A stretch of 44,890 nt of DNA from Gammaproteobacteria bacterium (GTDB lineage: Bacteria > Pseudomonadota > Gammaproteobacteria > Pseudomonadales > Pseudohongiellaceae): NCBI GenBank assembly GCA_002726595.1, contig PBTO01000115.1, positions 1 through 44,890 on the forward strand, written 5' to 3'. The translations under genes were made by a program, and so were the position numbers. Below the pieces are notes generated by a model, which saw only the letters and a program-made list of their open reading frames with translations, had not been told where the DNA came from and made no database searches. Below are positions 19,801 through 27,496 of the stretch, in pieces (the first letter of the stretch is position 1; each line of letters begins with the position of its first letter).

Positions 19801-20535
19801 GAGCTGGAAAGTCAGTTAGAAGACTTTGTCCAAAGTTTGCAGGCCTTGAATCCCTCGGCCGCCGGTTCGGCATCGGATCAGATTCAACAGGTAGCCCAGA
19901 GCGCTGAAGATCTAAGAGAACAACTTGAAGATCTGGAACAGCAAGCCCTGGCCTTTAACGAAGCCGGTCAACAGGCAGGCCCGGGAGTGCCATCGTTGCG
20001 GGAAATGCGAGATCAGTTACAGCGCAGTCAACAGCTTGCACAGCAGTTGCAACAACAACTACAACAACAGCAAGGTCAGCCAGGCCAGCAGGGTCAACCC
20101 GGGCAAGGTCAACCAGGCCAGCAAGGCCAACCAGGTCAGCAAGGTGGTCAGTCGGGGCAGCAGGGTGGTCAGCAGGCAGGTGGCCAGCCCGGTCAGAATA
20201 ATAATGGCGGTGCCAGACAAATCGGCGGCGGCAATGCTAATCGGCTTGGCGGTGTCATCGATACCAACGGCAACAATTCTGCCTACGGTGATGCACGGTC
20301 AATTCGGCAGCAACTGACACAACAAGGAATTGAAGATTTTCTAAACCAGCCTGAACTGTTCAGGCAACTTCTTCAGCCCATACTTGAACTCGAAGGTGCG
20401 CTTCGTGCACAGGCAGAGTTGGATAATATTAACAACAAATTGTATGCCACTGTGGACGAGGATATACCCGATGAGTACAAAGATCTGGTTGAAGAATACT
20501 ATCGTGTATTGTCCGAAAACCAGGGGTCACAGTAA
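16840..20535 (+). CDS. Large membrane-anchored, low-complexity coiled-coil protein (DUF4175-like), first gene of the Bat-like operon
   Basis: There are three N-terminal hydrophobic helices and a ~400-aa beta-rich region. These are followed by ~650 aa of Q/E-rich heptad-like sequence with poly-Gly, SQ and GQP/GQQ runs. The position next to MoxR/DUF58/BatA genes matches the DUF4175 context as I recall it. Confidence 0.6.
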   Translation: MSSPTFDSLRQTLKSLRRRRSNLFILRQVSICAIVIALLALLMTAISASMDLDKAGTIVLFGISLLLIGSLLWLLSRTLQRRHADDQHLAHYVEEHIPDFEQRLITSLEFTEEDLVHGRQGVSRQFIQHLWEDAQLHVAEQQQQVESVTPARASWISFSSAMAVVAIVAVILVSSDALFQAGSRLVWPFAISEPVVFIDVPANVEISVEPGDLEMQRGDSLTIVARVTNAIPGTVNLRLQEDNVNWRDVTMARDGSGSESATYSYFLPSLQEDTTYYVNFEERIEHSSQQYRISLFDLPQIEQIDVAFDYPDYTGLEDLLEEDSGDMVVPEGTEVGLTVTFNKTIANANLQFDAPYSTGDEEELETVVPYEDLVLAVDGNIGRASFTVTQDGVYHISATDLGDLETKNPLDYFIRAIEDMPPELELKRPGRDEDVMPLEEVVLEIDANDDYGLSEFSLNYSVVGLDEVEVDFLPEQNVRNVAGNELIYLEDLEVEPGDFVSYFLTLADNNGLEGPAEVISDIYFLQVIPTDQEFRRSAQQGGGGGGGGGGGGDSSALVSIQKDVIAATWKLRNRQSKVSAEDFASDAEIIAESQREATDRARMSIDRLAERLNFSDDSYDNAVENLSLAIEQMNLAALELDIEQVTSALKPEQLALQHILKAEAAINRTDISMQQGGGGGGGGGAQQEREDLRELFEMELGQLENRYETPNSAGGGGQNAEEINKLEELARRQEGLTRAQRELSRREEQMTEEQKRRELERLMRQQEQLSEEVQQLAQQLSRGQQNSQSQSQSQSQSGSQAQQSGSPSSSSSGGQQAPQTALERAAQQMQEAAQSETASMAAARSQKALENLREQQRELTEKSDRSVNQLAQNLGQRGQQLLQQQRELQQDLQDAVRQQGLGQTRQSVRNDESMQELIEDQQQQQRDLDEIEEMLRAIVARGDNDDQRLMSQAQEASRELRPIREEMQTSNRVLRNGMVNLSVDIEQELESQLEDFVQSLQALNPSAAGSASDQIQQVAQSAEDLREQLEDLEQQALAFNEAGQQAGPGVPSLREMRDQLQRSQQLAQQLQQQLQQQQGQPGQQGQPGQGQPGQQGQPGQQGGQSGQQGGQQAGGQPGQNNNGGARQIGGGNANRLGGVIDTNGNNSAYGDARSIRQQLTQQGIEDFLNQPELFRQLLQPILELEGALRAQAELDNINNKLYATVDEDIPDEYKDLVEEYYRVLSENQGSQ
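18460..18495 (+). repeat. (GGY)12 simple-sequence repeat encoding Gly12
   Basis: Twelve consecutive GGC/GGT codons. A second, shorter GGY run begins at 18865. Confidence 0.9.
20074..20196 (+). repeat. Imperfect GQP/GQQ triplet (collagen-like) coding repeat
   Basis: It translates to GQPGQQGQPGQGQPGQQGQPGQQGGQSGQQGGQQAGGQPGQ. The Gly-X-Y register is interrupted once. Confidence 0.8.
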
Positions 20536-20549
20536 ACGGCTCCGTAGTA

Positions 20550-22853
20550 ATGCAATTCACTGAACAAAATTTGCTGGCAGCATTTAGAGAAGGCACTCTG
20601 ACTTTCGCCTATGGCATCAGTGTGCCCCTGTTTCTGCTATTTGTTATATTGATTGTTGTCGGAGTCTGGTTTAGCTACAGAACAACCACCCGGCCCGTGG
20701 CGCAGGAATGGAAAACCTTCCTCGTCGGTATTAGATCTGCCGTCCTCGTGATATTGCTTTTTTGCCTGCTGCGCCCGGTAATTACCACACTGCAGGTATC
20801 ACCCCAGGAAACTTACCTCGGTTTACTAATTGACGATTCCCAGAGCATGTCGATAGAGGACCTGGCGGGTCGGCAATCGCGACAGAGCGCGGTTGAAGAG
20901 TTAATTTTTGAAAATGGATTGTTGGAGGAGCTGGAACAGAACTTTCAGATTCGAACTTTTCGCTTCGACAAGGATACACAGCGAATTTCCGGTGTGGAGA
21001 ACCTTAGCGAAGAGGGCACCGCATCCTCCATCGATCAGGCCTTGAATTACGTAGACGACCAGCTTAACGGTTTACCTCTTGGCGGCATTGTCCTGGTGTC
21101 AGACGGTGCTGACAACAGTGACTCTGATCCCCTTGCCACCGCAGAAAGTTTTGGCGCACGCCAGATTCCCGTATTTACCGTCGGTGTCGGGCAGGAAGAT
21201 ATCCCGCAGGATATTGGCATAGTCGATGTGAGTGCGGCGAAGACGGTGCTCGAAGGATCTGTCTTTAGTGTCCAGGTTGCGGTGAATCATCAGGGGTATG
21301 AAGGAGAGGAAATTGAACTCACCATCATGGACGGTGAGACTGAGGTTGTTGCTGAAACTGTGATTCTTGGATTGGAGGGTGTTACTCGAAGATTTGATCT
21401 TGAACTGACTCCGGAACGGCCCGAGTTGATTGTCTATGATTTGAATATCGAGCTCAGGGATGACGAGATAATTAGTCAAAACAACCACTATAGTTTCCTG
21501 GTGGATAATTCAGAAAAAGATCCGCTGGACATTCTTTACGTGGAAGGCCATCCACGCAACGAATACAAATTTATCCGGCGTGCGGTGGAGGACGACACTT
21601 CATTGCGACTCGCTACCTATTTGCAAACCGGGCCGGAGAAATACTACCGCCAGGGAATAGAAAGTCCAACCGAGTTGAGCAGCGGTTTTCCGGAAGACCG
21701 CGAAGAGCTATTCCAGTATGAAGCAATTATCCTTGGTGATATTGAGAAAGACTTCTTCAATGCAGACCAGCTACAGATGATCGAGGATTTTGTAGCGGAA
21801 AGAGGCGGCGGTTTCCTGATGAGCGGCATGGTGGACGAGGAATTTATCAACACGCCCATTGCCGATATATTGCCCATCACATTGATCGAAGAAAGCTTTC
21901 TTCCCAGCTTCCTGCGTGGCGGCATCCGCCGCGGAGACCATCCAACAGGCGAGTTGTATTTTCCCCGTTTAACAACCAATGGCGAATTTTCGCCGCTGCT
22001 GAGATTGTCCAGCGATGATTCAGAAAACTCGCGCTTGTGGCAACAGCTTCCCGAACTGCAGGGGATTTATGTAACCGGGCGTACCAAGCCAGGCGCTACC
22101 GTGTTAGTTGAGCACCCACTTTTGGTGTACCAGAATCAGGCCCTGCCGCTGGTGGCCACGCAACGATATGGCAGTGGACGCAGTATGTCGGTAACAACCG
22201 CGAGCAGTTGGCGCTGGCAGATGATGTTAGCCTCGGAAGACCAATCCCATGAAACGCTGTGGCGGCAGATGCTCAGGTGGTTATCCGTATCTGCTCCAGC
22301 CCGGATTAGCATCGATTTCGATCGGGAGTTCTACAACGTGGGCGATGAGGTTAATGTCACAGCCACCGTGCTCAATGATCAATATGAGCCCGATAATGAT
22401 GCCATTCTGTGGATGCAGAAAACCGATCCGTTGGATCAAATTACAGATACGCCAATGGAATGGGATATCGAAGAAGATGGTGTCTATCGTTCCAGCTTTA
22501 CCGTCGAGGAAGAAGGCGTGTTTAATCTCCTGGTCGATGTAGCGAGTGCCGCCGGTGATGCAGCCCGGGACAGTTCTGAAAAGCGTACTGCCTTCGTGGT
22601 CACTCCTTCTCTGCGCGAATACACCAATGCCGGTCTCGATAGTGGCTTACTTGCAAGAGTTTCCCAGGCAAGTGGAGGCTCTTATTTCGACATTGACGCG
22701 GCTGGCAACCTCTCTGAGGCCATTGAGTTCACACCAAATGCCTACTCCCAGGAAGTGCAAATTGATCTGTGGGACCGTCCATGGTTATTGGGTCTGTTGA
22801 TTCTCTTGCTGTGTATCGACTGGATAACTCGGCGCATGCGGGGGCTGTCTTGA
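20550..22853 (+). CDS. Membrane-anchored VWA-domain protein with a suspected GATase1-like (ThuA/DUF4159-type) middle domain and a C-terminal TM anchor
   Basis: N-terminal TM helices are followed by the MIDAS motif LLIDDSQSMS and by VLVSDGADNS. A later segment reads ILYVEGHPRNEYKFIRR...YEAIILGDI...GGGFLMSG. The C-terminal helix is WLLGLLILLLCIDWI. Confidence 0.65.
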   Translation: MQFTEQNLLAAFREGTLTFAYGISVPLFLLFVILIVVGVWFSYRTTTRPVAQEWKTFLVGIRSAVLVILLFCLLRPVITTLQVSPQETYLGLLIDDSQSMSIEDLAGRQSRQSAVEELIFENGLLEELEQNFQIRTFRFDKDTQRISGVENLSEEGTASSIDQALNYVDDQLNGLPLGGIVLVSDGADNSDSDPLATAESFGARQIPVFTVGVGQEDIPQDIGIVDVSAAKTVLEGSVFSVQVAVNHQGYEGEEIELTIMDGETEVVAETVILGLEGVTRRFDLELTPERPELIVYDLNIELRDDEIISQNNHYSFLVDNSEKDPLDILYVEGHPRNEYKFIRRAVEDDTSLRLATYLQTGPEKYYRQGIESPTELSSGFPEDREELFQYEAIILGDIEKDFFNADQLQMIEDFVAERGGGFLMSGMVDEEFINTPIADILPITLIEESFLPSFLRGGIRRGDHPTGELYFPRLTTNGEFSPLLRLSSDDSENSRLWQQLPELQGIYVTGRTKPGATVLVEHPLLVYQNQALPLVATQRYGSGRSMSVTTASSWRWQMMLASEDQSHETLWRQMLRWLSVSAPARISIDFDREFYNVGDEVNVTATVLNDQYEPDNDAILWMQKTDPLDQITDTPMEWDIEEDGVYRSSFTVEEEGVFNLLVDVASAAGDAARDSSEKRTAFVVTPSLREYTNAGLDSGLLARVSQASGGSYFDIDAAGNLSEAIEFTPNAYSQEVQIDLWDRPWLLGLLILLLCIDWITRRMRGLS

Positions 22854-23938
22854 TGCTGGCAAACAGAATTGTGAAGAGCAGAATAGTAAGGCGACAGCCA
22901 ATCCTGGCCATGCTGGTACGCGTCGGCATCCTGTGCCTGGGAGTTTCGATGGCCGTGGCACAGCAAGCGCAGGACGAACTCACCAGTGACTATTTTCTCG
23001 ATCGGCCAGACTCGACAAAATACGCAGTCATAATGACCGGCCCCTCAGTGGGGGAAGAAACCACAGCGACTTTCAGACAATGGGCTTTCTCCCTGCACGA
23101 TATTCTGGCACGGGACTACGGTTATAGTTCTGACACCATCACCTTGCTGCTGGATCGCGGGGGGCAAGGTGAACCCGGCAGTGAGCGTATTGACGGCGCT
23201 TGTGATTTAGCGGGGATTCAACAGGGACTTGCCGCCGTGCAATCGCAGGTGAAATCCGGTGATCAAATTTCGATTTTCCTGATTGGACACGGCTCCGGTG
23301 TAGATGAAGAAGCCAAGTTTAATATTGTCGGTCCCGATATAACCGGCGGTGAGTTTGCCGATATGCTGGATGCCTTTTCCGAGCAGGACATTGTGATAAT
23401 AAATTCAACCAGTGCCAGCTATGGATTTTCCACCTCACTTTCTGACGAAGGGCGAGTAGTGATTTCTGCCACCCGCTCCCCGACAGAAAAGTATGATCCG
23501 GTATTCTCTCGCTATTTCATCGAAGCACTGGACAGTCGCAACGGTGATTATGATAAGAATAATCGTGTTTCCATGCTGGAAGCATTTAATTACGCGAAAA
23601 GCAGCGTGGAGCAATGGTATGAAGAGCAGGGGCGGCTGGCATCAGAGCACGCCGGTCTCGATGATAACGGTGATGCGCTGTTCACCCTGAGCCCAACTGT
23701 TGATGAAGCAGATGGTCGGATAGCTGAAATCGCCTATATCGACACCTTGTTGATTAATGACGAAAACCTATCCGAGGAAGCCATAGAATTAAAATCCCAA
23801 ATGCAGGAGCTTGAACGTTCGGTATTTATCTTGAGGGGGAGTAAAGCCGATTTTCTGGAAGCCGATTACTGGCAACAGATGGAAGAACTGCTGGTTGATC
23901 TGGCGCGGACAACAGGACGATTCAATGAGACAAAATAA
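22853..23938 (+). CDS. Exported legumain/peptidase-C13-like (clan CD fold) protein lacking a catalytic cysteine
   Basis: The start ATG overlaps the previous stop (TGATG at 22851-22855), and a signal-like leader ends at AVAQQ. YAVIMTGPS...TITLLLD...ISIFLIGHGS...IVIINSTSASYGF...VVISATRSPTEKY parallels legumain blocks. The His is kept (codon 23288-23290), but there is no Cys after it. Confidence 0.5.
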   Translation: MLANRIVKSRIVRRQPILAMLVRVGILCLGVSMAVAQQAQDELTSDYFLDRPDSTKYAVIMTGPSVGEETTATFRQWAFSLHDILARDYGYSSDTITLLLDRGGQGEPGSERIDGACDLAGIQQGLAAVQSQVKSGDQISIFLIGHGSGVDEEAKFNIVGPDITGGEFADMLDAFSEQDIVIINSTSASYGFSTSLSDEGRVVISATRSPTEKYDPVFSRYFIEALDSRNGDYDKNNRVSMLEAFNYAKSSVEQWYEEQGRLASEHAGLDDNGDALFTLSPTVDEADGRIAEIAYIDTLLINDENLSEEAIELKSQMQELERSVFILRGSKADFLEADYWQQMEELLVDLARTTGRFNETK

Positions 23939-26627
23939 GCAAAAGTCACACATTTTAGTATTGGCACTTGTCCTTGGCAGTGTTTGCTCCCTGCAGGCTA
24001 TTGCGCAGGACGATATTGCTACTGGTGAGTCTGCCCTGTACCGGGGGGAACAACTCTTGTTGAACGGCTCCTACGCCGCCGCAAGTGATGTTTTTCTCCT
24101 GGCCGATGGTCTGGATCGAAATGAAGGTATAGTTGGGGCTAGTAAGGCCTACGCTCTGACCGGCAACTACGTCCAGGCGATGAGGGTATGCGAGGAAGCC
24201 ATAGAAGACGGAGATTATGCACGTTTCCCGCTAATCAGCACGCAGTTGGCAGAAGTCAAGCGGGCTGTGGGTGAATCCAGTGAAGCGCTTGCGATACTGA
24301 GTTCGGTAATCGAAGAGCAATATGAAGCGCCAGTTCGCACACTTGTGCAGTACGGTAGCCTGCTACAGTTTGTCGGACAGAAGCAGGAAGCATTTGAATT
24401 TCTTGATCGGGTAATTCAGCGTTACAACAATGGCCTGGTATTTAGTTCTGAAGATGTTGCCATGGTGGCTCTGGCAAGTTGGCTGCTGGATAATTTTCAT
24501 GATGCCAATAGCCTGTTTAATGAGGCCACGCGTGCCAATCCCAATAATCTTGAAGCCCATACTCTGTGGGGCGATTTATTCCTGGAAAAATACAATGCAT
24601 CCGATGCTGAGCGTTCCTATCAGGCGGCGCTGGATCTAAACCGCCGCTACGTCCCGGCATTGGTAGGTATTACCAAGGTCGTCGGTGATGAGAGAGCGAT
24701 TCAGCGGGCGCTGGCTATCAATCCGCGCTATGTACCGGCACTCGAAGCCTATGGGCAGTTATTGCTGCTCAATAACCGCAAAGAAGAAGCGCAGAGTATT
24801 TTCGATCAGGTTCTGGCCATCAATCCAGAATCCTTGAAAACTCTGAGTGTGCTGGCAGCACAGGCGATGCTGGAAGAGCGGCAGGAAGACTACGACGAGT
24901 TGCTGAGCAGGGTAGAAGCCTTCACTCCCAATAATCCCAAGTTCCTGGGTGATATTGCTGACACCCACGGCAATAGCTACCGGTTCACCGAGGCTGTCGA
25001 ATTTGCTCGTGCCGCGATTGCTGCAGACCCGCAGTACTGGCAGGGGTATACATTACTGGGAAGTAATCTGATTCGCCTGGGCGAGGAAGAAGAAGGCAAG
25101 GCAAATCTCGAAATTGGCTTTGAAAACGATCCTTTCAATGTAATGACTTCTAATATGCTAACGGTGTTTGACACCCTGGCTACCTATACAACCCAGGAAA
25201 GTGAGCACTTCAAGGTGCACATGAGCGAGCATGATGCAGATATACTCTGGCCCTATCTTGAGCCATTACTGGAAGAAGGCTGGACCACACTGACGGAGAA
25301 GTATAATTACGAACCGGAAAGTCCAGTACTAATCGAAATATTTGAGAAAACTGAAGACTTTGCAGTGAGATCGGTCGGCTTGCCCGATATTGGGCCATTA
25401 GTGGGAATTTGTTTCGGCAAGGTTATTACACTGATCTCGCCGGATACACTCACCGCCAACTGGCAGGAAATAGTCTGGCATGAATTCATGCATGTTATAA
25501 CATTACAGATGACAAACAATCGCATGCCGCGCTGGTTGTCGGAAGGCATCTCTGTCTGGGAAGAGCGGGAGGGAAGGCCGTACTGGGGCAGAAGCCAGGG
25601 CCTGGACCTGGTAAGAGCAGCGCAGCAGGACAAGTTGTTGCCCGTAGGTGAGCTAAATTCCGGTTTTACCGGCGCGCGGAATAATGCAGACCTCGGTTTT
25701 GCCTACTTCCAGTCCTATCTGGTAGTGGACTTTATCACCAGCGAATACGGTTTCGATAAACTGGTGGAACTGGTAGATCAGTATGGCCTGATCAAGGAAG
25801 ATAGCGAGAGATTCCAGGAAGTTTTCGGTCAATCACTGAATGCTTTCGACAGTGGCTTTAGTGCCTGGATATCGCGTCGAGTGGAAGAAATTAATGTCTA
25901 CGTTCATACCGAAGATGTGCCGGATGAAGGCGAGGGCCACGGTCACGGGGTAAGAGAAAATGCCAGTGCCATACTGGCTGAACTATATAATAATGCCTCG
26001 CTGAAGCAACTGATGCGTTCGCGAATCGAAGAGAATGCACGGGATTTTCAGGCTCATCTGCAACTCGGTATAGTTCTGTTCAAGGAAGAGGGTTTTATGG
26101 AGGCTAAGTTCTATCTGGAACAGGCCCACGAATTGTTACCAACCTATACAGGCTATCCCAGCCCAGCACTGGTACTGTCCCAGATTTATGAGCAGGAGGG
26201 CAATCGCCCCGCTCAGTTGGAACAACTTGAAATACTGGTAGAGAATCAACAGCATGACTATGACTCGGCGATGATTCTGGCTGAGGCGGCCCTGGAAGGC
26301 GGCGACACTGAAGCGGCAGAATATTATATCGACCGGGCAATCCAGGTCGATCCTTACAGGTCGGACGTGCATGAGCTCAAAGCCAGGTTTGCCGAATCCA
26401 CCGACGATAGCGAACTGGCAGTAACCGAGTATGAAGTGCTGGTAAAACTGGAAATAAACGATCCAGTAGAGGCAAGGACAAACCTGGCGGAGGCGTATTT
26501 GAAAAATGGCCAGGTGCAACAGGCGAAACAAAATATATTGAGTGCGTTGGAAATTGCACCCAGCTACGAGCGGGCTCAGCAGGTATTATTGCAATCTGTG
26601 GATCAAGGTGATGCGCCCACTAATTAA
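23925..26627 (+). CDS. TPR-repeat protein with an embedded peptidase-MA (gluzincin, Peptidase_MA_2-like) domain
   Basis: The start overlaps the upstream gene by 14 nt and the signal peptide ends at LQAIAQD. TPR-like helical repeats lie on both sides of WHEFMHVITLQMTNNRMPRWLSEGISVWEE (HExxH plus a downstream Glu). Confidence 0.7.
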   Translation: MRQNKQKSHILVLALVLGSVCSLQAIAQDDIATGESALYRGEQLLLNGSYAAASDVFLLADGLDRNEGIVGASKAYALTGNYVQAMRVCEEAIEDGDYARFPLISTQLAEVKRAVGESSEALAILSSVIEEQYEAPVRTLVQYGSLLQFVGQKQEAFEFLDRVIQRYNNGLVFSSEDVAMVALASWLLDNFHDANSLFNEATRANPNNLEAHTLWGDLFLEKYNASDAERSYQAALDLNRRYVPALVGITKVVGDERAIQRALAINPRYVPALEAYGQLLLLNNRKEEAQSIFDQVLAINPESLKTLSVLAAQAMLEERQEDYDELLSRVEAFTPNNPKFLGDIADTHGNSYRFTEAVEFARAAIAADPQYWQGYTLLGSNLIRLGEEEEGKANLEIGFENDPFNVMTSNMLTVFDTLATYTTQESEHFKVHMSEHDADILWPYLEPLLEEGWTTLTEKYNYEPESPVLIEIFEKTEDFAVRSVGLPDIGPLVGICFGKVITLISPDTLTANWQEIVWHEFMHVITLQMTNNRMPRWLSEGISVWEEREGRPYWGRSQGLDLVRAAQQDKLLPVGELNSGFTGARNNADLGFAYFQSYLVVDFITSEYGFDKLVELVDQYGLIKEDSERFQEVFGQSLNAFDSGFSAWISRRVEEINVYVHTEDVPDEGEGHGHGVRENASAILAELYNNASLKQLMRSRIEENARDFQAHLQLGIVLFKEEGFMEAKFYLEQAHELLPTYTGYPSPALVLSQIYEQEGNRPAQLEQLEILVENQQHDYDSAMILAEAALEGGDTEAAEYYIDRAIQVDPYRSDVHELKARFAESTDDSELAVTEYEVLVKLEINDPVEARTNLAEAYLKNGQVQQAKQNILSALEIAPSYERAQQVLLQSVDQGDAPTN

Positions 26628-27480
26628 TCAGAGATGCCTCAAATTGGTAAACCGTTGCAGAAGATTACTGGTATTTTTATCTCTGCTGTTGCTGATGCCT
26701 GCGGCATCGGCCCAGGTATTGCTATTCGGTTCCAACGAAGGTCTTGCTATCTATGGTACCGATATCACGGAATTTACCTGGGTTCGAGGTCGCTACACAA
26801 ACCACGGTGGTGGGCGAGGACGTGGACGTGGATATGGCCGACGCGGTGGCTGGTGGGATACCGACTATCCTGACTCGGACGAAAATTTTCTCAGGGGCGT
26901 TCAGCGTTACACCAATATCGATACGAACCCGCGTAATCACGACTTCGTTGAGTTGACCGACCCCAGGCTGTTTGAGCATATCTTCCTTTATATGAATTGG
27001 AAACGTGTTCCCATCGGCTCCACCTTTAGCGGACCCAATTTTACGCCTGAAGAAATTGAAGCACTGCGTGAATTCATGTTCCGTGGTGGATTTGTTATGG
27101 TGGACGATTTTTGGGGGCAGCCCCATCTTGATGACATGTTTATGGAAATGAACAAGATATGGCCGGACCGAGAGATTATTCAGCTCAATACCAGCCATGA
27201 AATATTTCACACTTTCTTCGATATTGACCAGTTGGCTCAGGTTCCAGGACGCATGGTAACCTGGGATCTCGGTGGCTATTTCTCGCTGGATGATCCGAAC
27301 TATCCACCCGCTGTCTATGCCGTACTCGACGACGATGGGCGGGTAATGATGGTTGCCAATTACAATACCGATCTCGGAGATGGGTGGGAACATACTTTCT
27401 ACGAACCCTACCCAACCAAGTACACGAACGAAGCCTATAAGATAGGCATTAATTTTTTAATCTATGCATTTAGTCACTGA
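26611..27480 (+). CDS. DUF4159-like protein with an RG-rich segment
   Basis: The start overlaps the upstream gene by 17 nt and a signal or anchor ends at PAASAQ. The segment GGGRGRGRGYGRRGGWWDTDYPDSDENF...LTDPRLFEHIFLYMNW...EEIEALREFMFRGGFVMVDDFWG fits my recollection of DUF4159. Confidence 0.6.
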   Translation: MRPLINQRCLKLVNRCRRLLVFLSLLLLMPAASAQVLLFGSNEGLAIYGTDITEFTWVRGRYTNHGGGRGRGRGYGRRGGWWDTDYPDSDENFLRGVQRYTNIDTNPRNHDFVELTDPRLFEHIFLYMNWKRVPIGSTFSGPNFTPEEIEALREFMFRGGFVMVDDFWGQPHLDDMFMEMNKIWPDREIIQLNTSHEIFHTFFDIDQLAQVPGRMVTWDLGGYFSLDDPNYPPAVYAVLDDDGRVMMVANYNTDLGDGWEHTFYEPYPTKYTNEAYKIGINFLIYAFSH

Positions 27481-27496
27481 AAGATAGGAACCACCC

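Noticed and set aside
20074-20196. Collagen-like GQP/GQQ block as the substrate of the P4H-like/O-FucT-like fusion enzyme at 40681-42453
   Set aside because: The idea is attractive, but the loci are 20 kb apart, in different transcription units and of different composition. The Gly-X-Y register is short and interrupted. Nothing in the sequence links them, so I did not report it as a finding.
26722-27393. 223-aa minus-strand ORF
   Set aside because: It is antisense to the DUF4159-like gene, which sits in a tight overlap-coupled operon. It has no motifs and is a shadow ORF.
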